Assembly: GCF_006345805.1 (NCBI RefSeq)
Contig: NW_021835497.1
Coordinates: forward strand, 1-45,699
Origin: Octopus sinensis
Lineage: Eukaryota
Direction of reading: 5' to 3'
Length of the DNA: 45,699 bases
Of this stretch, positions 34,560-45,699 are shown one piece after another. Position 1 is the first letter of the stretch. Every line of letters begins with the position of its first letter. The notes under the pieces were generated by a model that was given only the letters and a program-made list of their open reading frames with translations, was not told the DNA's origin and searched no databases. Position numbers and translations under genes: made by a program.

Positions 34560-34725
34560 AGCGATGGTGCCATAAGATGCACCCATTGCACATTGTGCAG
34601 TGGTTGGTGTTGGGAAGAGCATCCAGCTGTGGAAAGATAACCAGAAAATGTAACTTCAGGCAAGATATTCTTTGAACCATCCAACCCATTCCAGCATGGA
34701 AAGTGGGGGTAAAATGATGATCATC
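34560..34725 (+). mobile_element. Decayed RTE 3'-end fragment
   Basis: GCACCCATT...GTGGTTGGTGTTGGGAAGAGCATCCAGCTGT...CCATCCAACCCATTCCAGCATGGAAAG...ATGATGAT. Confidence 0.6.
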
Positions 34726-35229
34726 ATACATACATACAGATGTATGGATGTATAAATATACATGTGCATCCTTGTGTATATATTATACACATTCATTCTA
34801 TCATATATACATATATATGTATGTATATCCTGAAGAAGGTCTCTTTTATTTTTCATTCCTCCTGGGGTCAATAGAGTAACAGTCATTATTTCATAGACCA
34901 AGGAGGCGGTGGAGGATCATTCTGATGATGATGGGTCACCAGAATGTCATTAAACACCCCACCAATATTTCCTAATCCACCTCATTAAACCCCCAATACT
35001 TCATAATAAACTACACCAAGTTATAACTCCTCACCTCACACAAAACAAAACACACTTCACCTGCCAAACCCCTTTTTCATACAAACACATCTTTCTCATT
35101 GCTACCCAATCATTGTCCCTTATATTAAAGATAATTAAGATGAACCTACCTTTCATTAATTGGGCTTATTCATTAACCAATCTTTATGATCTCAATCAGC
35201 AACAAATAATAACGATCCTCTCAACATGC

Positions 35230-36060
35230 TGTCTATCAGTGTGATTATATGAAAGCCCATCTTTGGATAAGCTTTCCGAGCTAATCAATGTTGTGTATGA
35301 TAATTGTGTGGATTATATTGAAATGTCGAGAGATTTACAAGCATTTGTCAGGTTAAGAACAGTTTTATCTCCAGCTTTATTCGTATCTGTGAATCCAGGT
35401 AAATATGATGGAAACCAAGCCAACTGTCACATCATTTCCAGTGCATATAATTATTAATAATACTTATATTCCTGATTTGTAGGGATGTGGCATTTCATTA
35501 TGCAACCATAAATTCCTGTAAAATATATTAAATCGTTTTAGAAGTCAACACCACATTCTACTTTGTTAGCAGTGTTTATCACATTATTCTATTGATATTC
35601 CATAGAAATTATAGTTGGCTCTGATTTTTTGCTAAAACCTTTCCTATCGAGATGTCAGATGTAAACAAACAATGAGATACACAATGAGAACAAAAAACAG
35701 ATGTTTTTCTCTTTGATCCCATTGTTTGTTTCCGTCTGACATTTCGATATGAAATGTTGTAGCAGGAAATCAGTCCTGGCTATAATTTCTACCGATAATA
35801 TCTGTAGAAATAACCTCAACAAAATATTTATATTCCTTCTTACTACAAAACCTTTCACCATCACTTATATTCAGTCAATAAAGATAATGGGTTATTTATA
35901 TCTTCAAGTTTTATTTCTAATGATTATTCCATTGGAAACAGTTTAAATGTTTAACTTCACTGTCAAATAAACAATTTGTTTAATATATTTAATGAAATGT
36001 GTGTTTCCTTGAAATTCTTTGAATGAATCAAGTAAATATTATTTTATCAAAAGCTTTTCA
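35230..36060 (+). pseudogene. Heavily decayed coding-like segment, possibly an older relative of the downstream beta-propeller gene
   Basis: Non-repetitive, protein-like patches (DKLSELINVVYDNCVDYIEMSRDLQAFVRL; MKCCSRKSVLAIISTDN...KIFIFLL, which resembles MKICHIVSNKCLAVTTTEN...VHILL at ~37760), separated by many stops. Confidence 0.3.
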
Positions 36061-37347
36061 CAAAACTAATAAAGTTTTCATTTTATTTCAGCTTTCATGT
36101 AAAAATTAGTGAATTTTGAAGAGATAAATTGTATTCGAAAGGAAGAAGAAAACAAAATCCACAGAAAAGAATATATTTAACAGAAAAAGATAATAATTCT
36201 ATATTCATAAAATGGAGAAGATTAATGAAGAAAACAAAATGTTGGCTCTCATTCCTGCCACAGTCTGTGATACAACAGCAATTTATAAGGAAACTACACC
36301 AAATCTTCCCCAAACATTACACACAAAACACAAAGAAAACAGAAGAACAGGAAGAAAAGACACAAAGAAATCTAAAGAACAGGAAAAGTCCATGTTACCA
36401 AGTTTTCTTCATATTGTGACATGTTACCGAACACTAATCAAAACAGACCACATCAATATGTTTATAGATTATGTAAAGGATAAATGTAATCACATGGACT
36501 CTCTGGGTTTAAATGGATCTCGAATTTTACGTAATATCAAACGTAAAATGCCAAGATTTCTGGAATTTGCAAAACAAAATAATGATTTTGTTCACCTAAA
36601 CCTTGATTGGTTTCAACAAAGACTCTTTGACATTTATGTCACCTGTAACCCATACAACCACAAGACCATTGAACCACCAAAAGTAACCACAAAATTTCGT
36701 CCTCTTCGGCCAGTTGTGACCAGAGAAGTAGAGATTGAGGAATCTGGTGAAGACTTAAGCAACCCAATATCCAATATTGTTGTCATACAAGGGGGTATTG
36801 TAACATATTCCCGCCACTTTATGACATATGTTGTATAACAAGAGACGGCAACAGAAACGATGTTCGTTGCTCATCTTCTGTCACTGATTTTACCAGAATC
36901 AGTGAAGACACAGTCCTCGCCACCCTGCCCTTCCGAAAAATGATTCTTATTATCAACCCTTTAAGTTTGAGAATCAAAAGAATTCAGCTAGGATTAATCT
37001 TGGTTTCTTATTTGGAACATTCTACGCTTATAGGTGTAGAAATGTTTGGTCGGACCATATACGTCATTGACTGGGAAGAGAATAGAATAAAATACGAATT
37101 CATAACGAAAGAAACCCCTTCAGATTGCTGTAGGAGCACAAAATAAACTCTTAGTATCCTTTTCCAATATTAACAGGGTTACCTGTTACAATGTGGATGG
37201 TCAGCAGTTATTTGAGGTGGATACAAATTCCCTGGACATTCCAAGCCACATCTCTGTGTACCAAAACCATTTTTATGTCCTTCAGGGACATATTATTTAT
37301 CGGATATCAGGTACAGGTGCTGTGACAACAAGAGAAATTGGCATGAA

Positions 37348-40146
37348 ATGCCGCCATATTTCTGTTGGCAAAGAAAACATTTTTGTAAACGATTATTTGA
37401 TGTCCTTCATATCATTGGAACAAATGAAGACTTTTGGCCCAGGCAGTCATATAACCCCCAGCTATGGACCCCAACATTGAACAACTATATTTATATTGAG
37501 GATTGCTACAACATTACTAATATTCTACCTATGTCTACATCTTCTATATTAATAATTTACAAAAACAAGAAAGCTAAATTATTCACTGATAACGGGGAAA
37601 TAATTAACCAAAATAATTCAGTTTTCCTTGAGCCTCCTTCTTTCTGTTGTAGAATAAACGCAAACAGATTCCTGGTATTTTATTGTGAAATGAAAGGATT
37701 TCAGTATATCACCTGTCCTGAACTAAGAAAAGGCCCTTTAATAAAGGTGCAAACTGGTTACATGAAAATATGTCATATTGTATCAAATAAGTGTCTGGCT
37801 GTGACCACCACTGAAAACAAAAGTGAGGTCCATATCCTCTTGATCAACGAAGATAAAGTTGACATTGCAGAAAGAATTTCTCTGGGACATCATAATGTCA
37901 GCATTGCTGCAACTCCAATTAATTTTGTAGTTGTAGATGGAAACGAAAATAAAATGGTATTTTATTCCACATGTGGTGAAGAACTTTTTCAAAAATACCT
38001 TCCATTCTATGGCCACCCTCATCACATTTACTCTGATAATGTTTATTTCTATGTCCTCTTCAGGAGACACTCTATTCTCAGATGTTACGATCTATATGGA
38101 CAAATGAAGTGGCAGTGGGAACTGCCTTTCCCTGTTCACACTCACATTGCTGTTTTCCAAGGAACTCTTTATGTCCCGGACTCTCAACTCAACAGGGTTC
38201 TTCTTTACAAGTATCAAGACCGGTCGTCTGCCTGCCTTTTACCCATTAAAAATCCTTACATCAGAAATCTAAATCTACGACTCAAAGAAAAGGAGAATGA
38301 CCAAAAACTTGTCATTGTCGAAATATGTAATCTGTCCAATGGACAGTTGGTGGTGTCCGACATCAACCATGATTGCTTGTTGTACATTTCTGAGGAAGGA
38401 GACATTGTGTCCAGATTATCTCTGCCGTCTACAGCCACAGATATATGTCGATGGGATTCTAATCATATAGGGGTCACATTACCCCTACAGAAACAATTAA
38501 GGGTCATTGGAAACCAATCAAAGACAGTGAGAAGTGTATCATTTAGGCAGCCTTATGTACGGATGTGTAAGATGGGTGAATGTGAAATTGTTTGTTATTG
38601 TGATAAACCATCACATTTAGACATTTTAGCAATCAATTATTATAATCAAGTCGAAGTAATTAAGACAATTAATATCCCTGTGTTTGTGAAATCATTATCA
38701 ATAGACAAGAAAACAGAAAAGCTATTAATTGTTACTAGGGGAAAAGTTTTTCAGTACAACACTAGAATAGGTGGTGGTGGTCATGGCGTTTGTCAGATGG
38801 TCCCCAGTGTTTTAATGTCCCAAGTGAAATGTCCCCTCAGTCTCCAAGGTGGATCTATTGACCAAACGTTTGTTTATCTGATAGACAGAAGCCGTATGTT
38901 TGCCATAAACGATCAGAATTTGTTGGTTAATGATCTCGTTACTAATAATCAACTTAATTATTATATCGACCTGGTGGATGTATTTTCCAGACACATTTCT
39001 CTCAGTGAAATGTTGTCTTCCACTTTATATCTACAGGACCTGACAGTTTCTGATAAAGCCAGACATATTCCTCTCCCTAAACATTTGGGAGACATAGAAC
39101 CAGCAAAGATTGAACGTTTGGTTCTTACTGAAAATAATCTGATTGCAGGATATGACTGGAAGAATGGAAACATTAAGATATTCACATTGGATGGTCACCT
39201 ATTGGATTCAATCAAAGTGAATGTTTATGATTATACTAAAATGTGTCGATGGCAGTCAAACACACTGGTCATTACTAATAGGGATCTTTATTATAATAAA
39301 TACCAACTGGTCATTACGAATAGGGATCATTTTGATGATAATAAATACCAACTGTTGACATTAAAAGTGGAATTACCATTGTCGTTGGTAATTTACAAAA
39401 CGAGAAATAAATATGAATGTGTGGCTTCTTTATCAAATAATCAACTGGTTTTGAGTGAAGAGGGAGATGGAAGACATTTGCATTTTGTTGATATTGATGA
39501 AATACATTCGAGTGTGAAGGAAATAAAGAAAATAAACATACCTGAACTATTAATGGAGAGAAACGAAGATGGAAATTATTCTGATGGAATCCTGGAAATT
39601 AAAGTTACTGATGGAGATGTCATCATTGTCTTAAACACGAGATTCATCATTTTCTTCAACAGAGGTGGTCAATATTTACATTCAGTCAGACACTACATGG
39701 AGGATTTGGGGGGTGATGATGACACGATGACAATTGATGACAGTTTTTTGTACATTCAATGTGGGTGGGAGAAATCTTTACATTTATATAAATATCGAAA
39801 CATTTTGTGTTTGACCCAGAATGGGGAATACAAGAGAATATTTTTAAATAAAAGAATTTATAAAGATAAAGTAGATTTCTTCAGTATAGACTGTAAAGGA
39901 CCAAGGTTTGTTGGAAGCCCCTGGAAGGAAGAAAGGAATGAATTGTATGTTGAAGGGTTGTTTATGGTGAATCGAGACAGCTTCCCAGTTGCTCGTTTAC
40001 AAACAGACGAATGTCCTGTTCAAGTAAAAGATTTTGATGTCTCTGAGGAAGGAAAGACAGTGTGTGTGAAAAAGCCAATAATGGAAATGTTAAAATATTC
40101 GATGAAGATGGCCAGTTGCTACGTCACAGAAATGTTGCAAGTTTAG
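37348..40146 (+). CDS. Longest intact ORF (932 aa) of the multi-propeller gene; true frame probably ~37395-40062
   Basis: 2.8 kb stop-free in AT-rich DNA, no low-complexity sequence, repeated propeller-blade patterns. Confidence 0.65.
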   Translation: MPPYFCWQRKHFCKRLFDVLHIIGTNEDFWPRQSYNPQLWTPTLNNYIYIEDCYNITNILPMSTSSILIIYKNKKAKLFTDNGEIINQNNSVFLEPPSFCCRINANRFLVFYCEMKGFQYITCPELRKGPLIKVQTGYMKICHIVSNKCLAVTTTENKSEVHILLINEDKVDIAERISLGHHNVSIAATPINFVVVDGNENKMVFYSTCGEELFQKYLPFYGHPHHIYSDNVYFYVLFRRHSILRCYDLYGQMKWQWELPFPVHTHIAVFQGTLYVPDSQLNRVLLYKYQDRSSACLLPIKNPYIRNLNLRLKEKENDQKLVIVEICNLSNGQLVVSDINHDCLLYISEEGDIVSRLSLPSTATDICRWDSNHIGVTLPLQKQLRVIGNQSKTVRSVSFRQPYVRMCKMGECEIVCYCDKPSHLDILAINYYNQVEVIKTINIPVFVKSLSIDKKTEKLLIVTRGKVFQYNTRIGGGGHGVCQMVPSVLMSQVKCPLSLQGGSIDQTFVYLIDRSRMFAINDQNLLVNDLVTNNQLNYYIDLVDVFSRHISLSEMLSSTLYLQDLTVSDKARHIPLPKHLGDIEPAKIERLVLTENNLIAGYDWKNGNIKIFTLDGHLLDSIKVNVYDYTKMCRWQSNTLVITNRDLYYNKYQLVITNRDHFDDNKYQLLTLKVELPLSLVIYKTRNKYECVASLSNNQLVLSEEGDGRHLHFVDIDEIHSSVKEIKKINIPELLMERNEDGNYSDGILEIKVTDGDVIIVLNTRFIIFFNRGGQYLHSVRHYMEDLGGDDDTMTIDDSFLYIQCGWEKSLHLYKYRNILCLTQNGEYKRIFLNKRIYKDKVDFFSIDCKGPRFVGSPWKEERNELYVEGLFMVNRDSFPVARLQTDECPVQVKDFDVSEEGKTVCVKKPIMEMLKYSMKMASCYVTEMLQV

Positions 40147-40153
40147 TTGTGGT

Positions 40154-41641
40154 GTGTGTTTTACACAAGAATCACACATAATGGCCACGGTTCCTAAAAG
40201 GAAAGAAAAATTTCAACTGAATGGAGAAGATTTGCAGACATCTCAAGTTTGGTCGAGTCTCATCCCTTATGGTGTAATATGGAGAAAAGTGGCGGGTATT
40301 TACTGGTGTGTACATAATGAATTGATTGAATGTCATTGCATAAAAATTGATGGGGACCAAGTGAACATTCTGGAATCTGTGTCATTATCAATTCTTGATT
40401 CTGGTCTTCGTTTCCCTTCCATTACATCTGAAACGAACAAGGAAATATTCAGTAATGAATTAATTAATAAATTGGAATACAGAGGAGGAGATGGAGAAGT
40501 AGGAGGAAGAAGAAGAGGTAAATCAGGTGAAATAATTGGTAAAGGTAGATTAAAGGTGAGATGTGGTAATTACATAGCGGAGATTAATAATTCAGGAATT
40601 GATGAAATATCAGTGAGGAGACTTCCATATAGGACAGCAATGGTCCCTTTTTCCATTCCTGCATTCGAGGAACCTGTTGATTATGATTGTGGGGACATTA
40701 GGGACCGGAACAGTAAACTAATTAAGTTAGATGAGAATGTGAGTGTGTTGATGTTTCGAGAAAGTGTCACATTAATCAGAACAACAACAACAACAGTGGA
40801 CATACTTCAACATGAACAACAACAACGACCAGCACTGGACATATGTCGGTGGACAGAGGAATGTTTCATTGTCGCCTTTGGGAGAGAAATGAGGGTCTTC
40901 AACAGGGATCTCCGTCGTTTAAAAACCATCAGAACTGAGAAATACTACAACAGGATTTATAAATACAACGACAATCAACTCGTGTGTGGTGGTCATTATA
41001 TTAGAGACATAACTCAAGAAGAGAGAGACAAGAAATATGAAAGAATATGGAGAAACAACAAGGATTACTATTATTGCAAAGACCGCAACATCTTTGACCC
41101 TTATTATGTGGATGTGGTTGATATCAAAGATGGGAAATGTAAAGATGAAGTGTGTCGTGGGAAGATGGGGAGATGGGAAAGGTTGGAGGGAGATGAAGGG
41201 GTGTTGGATGATGTGGGAGTCACATCTTTTGGTGATGTTGTTGTTGTGAGGAGGGAGATGGAGTCTAGATATTGGGAAGATTTGTGTTTTGTGGAATGGT
41301 TCAGGGAAAAGTCTTTGGTGAGGAGGATAAGAATAGAAGAAGGAAGGTTTTTTGGTTGGGAATATTATATTGCAAGACCTCGTCTGACCATAATTGGTGA
41401 ATGTGTTTATATAACAGATTTCAGAAACAATATTTACGAAATACCTGGACATATTGAAGAGGAAACATCTGAAGATGATGAAATCCTGGGATTAAAAGAT
41501 AATCCAAAATATTTACTCCTCAGAAAGGATGATAATGAAGTCGTTGAAGTTCTTGGTTTGGATGTTTCAGACAATTCTTTGATGGTTTTTGGAATTATTC
41601 CTGGACGTCAATCTTTTGCTTTCTTTTATTTTGACAAATAA
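40154..41641 (+). CDS. C-terminal ORF (495 aa) of the multi-propeller gene
   Basis: 1.5 kb stop-free, continues the same blade patterns (DICRW, VYITDFRNNIYEI), and ends with TAA at 41639-41641. Confidence 0.6.
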   Translation: MCFTQESHIMATVPKRKEKFQLNGEDLQTSQVWSSLIPYGVIWRKVAGIYWCVHNELIECHCIKIDGDQVNILESVSLSILDSGLRFPSITSETNKEIFSNELINKLEYRGGDGEVGGRRRGKSGEIIGKGRLKVRCGNYIAEINNSGIDEISVRRLPYRTAMVPFSIPAFEEPVDYDCGDIRDRNSKLIKLDENVSVLMFRESVTLIRTTTTTVDILQHEQQQRPALDICRWTEECFIVAFGREMRVFNRDLRRLKTIRTEKYYNRIYKYNDNQLVCGGHYIRDITQEERDKKYERIWRNNKDYYYCKDRNIFDPYYVDVVDIKDGKCKDEVCRGKMGRWERLEGDEGVLDDVGVTSFGDVVVVRREMESRYWEDLCFVEWFREKSLVRRIRIEEGRFFGWEYYIARPRLTIIGECVYITDFRNNIYEIPGHIEEETSEDDEILGLKDNPKYLLLRKDDNEVVEVLGLDVSDNSLMVFGIIPGRQSFAFFYFDK

Positions 41642-41707
41642 TATTTTCCAGAAATATTAAACTTCAATCTTCTTCTTCTTATTATTGTTGTTGTTGTTGT
41701 GTTGTAA

Positions 41708-41760
41708 ATGGCTTCGCCCGGGAATCGAACCTGCATCGCATACATTGCATTCTACACACT
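41708..41760 (-). other. tRNA-like remnant (T arm / B box only)
   Basis: Minus strand GCAGGTTCGATTCCCGGGCGAAGCCA. D and anticodon arms are not recoverable, so it is not called a functional tRNA. Confidence 0.3.
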
Positions 41761-41905
41761 AACACTTATTGTTGTAACATTCTCAACACACTCTCTTGTG
41801 CGTGTGTGTGTATATTTATATACAGTATATGTACATGTGTTTATATATATATACACAGATATTTAGGAATGTATGTATAGAAATAAGGCTATAAGTATGT
41901 ATGTT

Positions 41906-41956
<51 letters not shown>

Positions 41957-42039
41957 GCATGCATGTATGTATAGGAATGTCTGGTCCGAAACCAGAGACT
42001 TTCATAATCATTGATTCTCCATTAAAAGGCAGACGACCA

Positions 42040-42160
42040 CCACCGCCGTCTCCGCCGTCGTGGTCGTCGTCGTCGTCGTCGTCTCCGCCGTCGTCGTCGT
42101 CATCATCATCATCATCATCATCACCATCATCATCGTCATCATCATCGTCGTCGTCATCAG
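42040..42160. repeat. Compound trinucleotide repeat (CGT/CAT/CCG)n
   Basis: Direct reading; produces the spurious poly-Asp and poly-Ser ORFs in the track. Confidence 0.9.
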
Positions 42161-43689
42161 CGTTGTGTGTGCGTGTGTGCAGTCTGCAGTTTTTAACGTT
42201 TAATAAGAATAGATTGTTGTTGTTGCAGTGACATTCCAACTGCACACACGCACAAACATTGCCTTTCGTCCTCGTAGGGTTGTTGTTGTTGTTGTTGTTG
42301 CTGTTGGGGGTTCATAAAAAAAGAGAAGGACACTTTAAGAAGCATTCAGTAAAAGCTTTACCATAGCTGGTCATTTTTCCTGCTAGAAATAGAAACCACT
42401 CCATTTTTCATATAAAATTTGAAGGACACTTTAAGAAGCATTCATAAATAAAATAACCTATATATGGTCTCATTTCATGCTAGAAGAGCCACCTAAACCT
42501 TCACATTTTTATTTCATCACAAATAAAAATCGAAGGACAATTTCAAACCATCCATGTCAAATATTGTCCTATAGATGGCTAACATGATGCTAGAAATAAC
42601 AGCCAAATACTCTGAAATTTGTATCGTTTTTCATAAAAAAATTAAGGAGACTTTAAGAAGCAACTCTAAGATATTGTCCTGCGGCGGTTTAAGTGTAAAA
42701 TATTATAAAAGTATGCATCTATGAGTTTTATGTGTTTAAAAAACATAGCAAAGACATGTGTGTATATGTAGGTATATACATGTGTATAAAGGTATTCATT
42801 TGAATGAAATTTGGTAGAAATAACTTTCAAACGATGTAGATTACGATTAAAAAGAAATGTGTTGGCAAAATGTTTTGTAAGGTGTCGAGGGAAAAAATGT
42901 GTGATTTAAGGGAGATTTGGCTGTTGTTTCTAGCACACCACCCTCCTTGTTTTCTTTTTTTTTTTCTCATTTTTTCCCTCAGAAACACATTTATGTTATA
43001 AAAAAATAAAAAGTATATTTAAAAAATCTCTGATTATTTTTAGCCCCACTACCCGGCCCCCGATTCTTTCTCTTTATATAATTGTAAAATATTGGAGAGC
43101 CTGAGAAGATTCTTGCTGGGATTTATCCACAGGGATGTAAATAAGAGCTTTGTAAAAGAGGATTTCTTTTGAGAGCATCCTTTTCTGTTAGAAAATGAAA
43201 GTGGAAGTTTCATTAAAAATATCCATTTTCCTGGAAGTTATGAGGAAACAAAGTCGATGGGGTGTTCATCTGTAGTTATGCCACAGGATGTATATATATA
43301 TATATATTAACTGTAGAAATGTAGGTGTGTATATATATATTATATGTATGTGTGTTTGTGTATACATTTATTCATGTATATGTACAAGTTTAAAAAAGAA
43401 ATATCAAAAGATGTTGGAATATTTGAGGTATTGGATAATTTCCGACTCTATTGTATAGGATTGCCGATACATTTATATAGGAATATAAATATACATCATA
43501 ATTATACCCACAGGAAAGCAGAATATTATATATACATGCATATTCACATATAAACTCAGATATATATACATATAATTATACATTATTATACGTAGACTTC
43601 TTGCACACACATAGAAAAGACAACGGGTAAATCCATCTGTGACAACCCATGCTTAAGGGTGTCTGGTGATATTTCTGGTCTGGTATCAC

Positions 43690-43810
43690 ACAAACCGCCC
43701 AGTCTGGAGTCTCTCTATAACTTCTGCCGCTTCCCGTTCAATTGTTTCTATCTGTTGCCTAGCAACGCTAATTTGAATGACAAAAAACGTGGAGAAAAAG
43801 GCGGGAAATT
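43690..43810. promoter_or_regulatory. Candidate promoter with an RFX X-box-like palindrome and an E2F-like site
   Basis: GTTGCCTAGCAAC at 43754-43766 and GGCGGGAAA at 43800-43808, in a locally CpG-richer non-repetitive patch. Confidence 0.35.
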
Positions 43811-44263
43811 TAGACAAAACTTTGTCTAAATTATTTATTTAAAATCAAAGAGACATTGTCAGCATTTTTATGAATTAAATAATAATTAATGAGATTAAAG
43901 GTCTCACAATTAAGTCATTAATTAGGAATTATAATTAATTTGGACGTGAAAAAAAGGGAAAACTAACGGATGTGTGTATATGTATGTATTTATGTATGTA
44001 CATAAGCAGGTAAATATTATATATGTAAGTGTGTATGAATATTTACATACGTCTATAGAGAGAGAAAGGGGGAGAGAGAGGGTGGAGTATTACACATGTA
44101 TACACATAAGACGAACGATGACTGGGGTGTGTCTGTGTGTGTGTATACACGCCTGTTTATGTTTGTGCGTGTGTGTGTATTTATGTGTGATGTTGTGTGT
44201 GTGTGTGTGTGTGTGTATCCGGGAACGTCACTTTCTGCCTCTCTCTCTATATCTGACTGTCTC

Positions 44264-44303
<40 letters not shown>

Positions 44304-44304
44304 G

Positions 44305-44678
44305 CCATTTGACTGCGGCCATGCTGGAGCACCGCCTTTAATCGAGCAACTCGATCCCGGGACTTTTTCTTTCGTAAGCCCAGTACTTATTCTATCGGTC
44401 TCTTTTGCCGAACCGCTAAGTAACGGGGACGTAAACATCGGTTGTCAAGCAATGCTAGGGGGACAAACACAGACACACACACACACACACTCATATATAT
44501 ATATATGCATATATACGACGGGCTTCTTCAGTTTCCATCAAACAAATCCACTCACAGGGCTTTGGTCGGCTCGAGGCTATAGTAGAAGACACTTACCCAA
44601 GATGCAACGCAGTGGGACTGAACCCGGAACCATGTGGTTGGTAAACAAGCTACTTACCACACAGCCACTCCTGCGCCT
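44305..44678 (-). mobile_element. Best-preserved, near full-length SINE family A copy
   Basis: Minus strand GCGCAGGAGTGGCTGTGTGGTAAG (A box), GGGTTCAGTCCC (B box), central (TG)/(TA), tail GGCGGTGCTCCAGCATGGCCGCAGTC. Confidence 0.9.
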
Positions 44679-44679
44679 A

Positions 44680-44733
<54 letters not shown>

Positions 44734-44826
44734 ATATTAATTAAGGGTAGAAATTGATATTTATCAATTAAGACCAGTGGTCTAGCATATTAAAAAAGAA
44801 TCCGAAGATTAAAAGGGAGACAGAAA

Positions 44827-45699
<873 letters not shown>

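Larger units (their letters stand above)
36212..41641 (+). pseudogene. Single-exon gene or frameshifted pseudogene for a ~1,800-aa protein: N-terminal helical/charged region plus about six tandem divergent NHL-like beta-propellers
   Basis: Strong 3' splice site (CTAAT...TTTTCATTTTATTTCAG at 36091), AAAATGG start at 36212, then consecutive ORFs joined by about five frameshifts (~36820, 37125, 37395, 40062, 40150). Recurring ~40-aa blade motifs: LPSTATDICRWDSNHIGVTLP, PALDICRWTEECFIVAF, TKMCRWQSNTLVIT, NGNIKIFTLDGHLL / NGNVKIFDEDGQLL, PSHISVYQNHFYVL / PHHIYSDNVYFYVL. The fold assignment is by resemblance to mollusc TRIM-NHL C-termini, not by search. Confidence 0.6.

Noticed and set aside
34829-34945. 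CTGAAGAAGGTCT...AGACC and CATTCTGATGA...CAGAATG as hammerheads
   Set aside because: Neither has the GAAA core strand or stem III.
41889-42245. Poly-Asp / poly-Ser ORFs
   Set aside because: Compound trinucleotide repeat flanked by dinucleotide repeats; no splice or start support.
43085-43290. Coding-like patch (EHPFLLENESGSFIKNIHFPGSYEETK)
   Set aside because: Short, interrupted by stops, and not assignable without a translated search.

Overview
AT-rich, repeat-dense eukaryotic DNA, almost certainly from an octopus (coleoid cephalopod). The species call rests on recognition of the tRNA-derived SINE families, RTE-type LINEs with (GAT)n tails, very dense (TA)/(CA)/(GATA) microsatellites and a tandem C2H2 zinc-finger array. 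The first ~35 kb is mostly mobile DNA. It holds two decayed RTE-clade LINEs (4.9-8.7 kb and 25.6-29.3 kb, the second with a PHD-type C4HC3 finger inside its RT) and two inverted-repeat Penelope-like remnants carrying hammerhead ribozyme motifs, one a U3-A8 core variant. It also holds non-autonomous Helitron pieces, about 20 SINE copies, a threefold ~0.85-0.9 kb unit built around a short hairpin motif, and two small candidate host-gene exons (~23.0 and 23.5 kb). At 36.2-41.6 kb lies a single-exon, roughly 1,800-codon frame encoding about six tandem divergent NHL-like beta-propellers, broken only by frameshifts. At 44.8-45.5 kb a C2H2 zinc-finger array is joined in frame to a ~95%-identical second copy of part of that propeller gene, running off the window end. 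Most short ORFs in the supplied track are microsatellite artefacts. All alignments and folds were done by eye; no searches were run.
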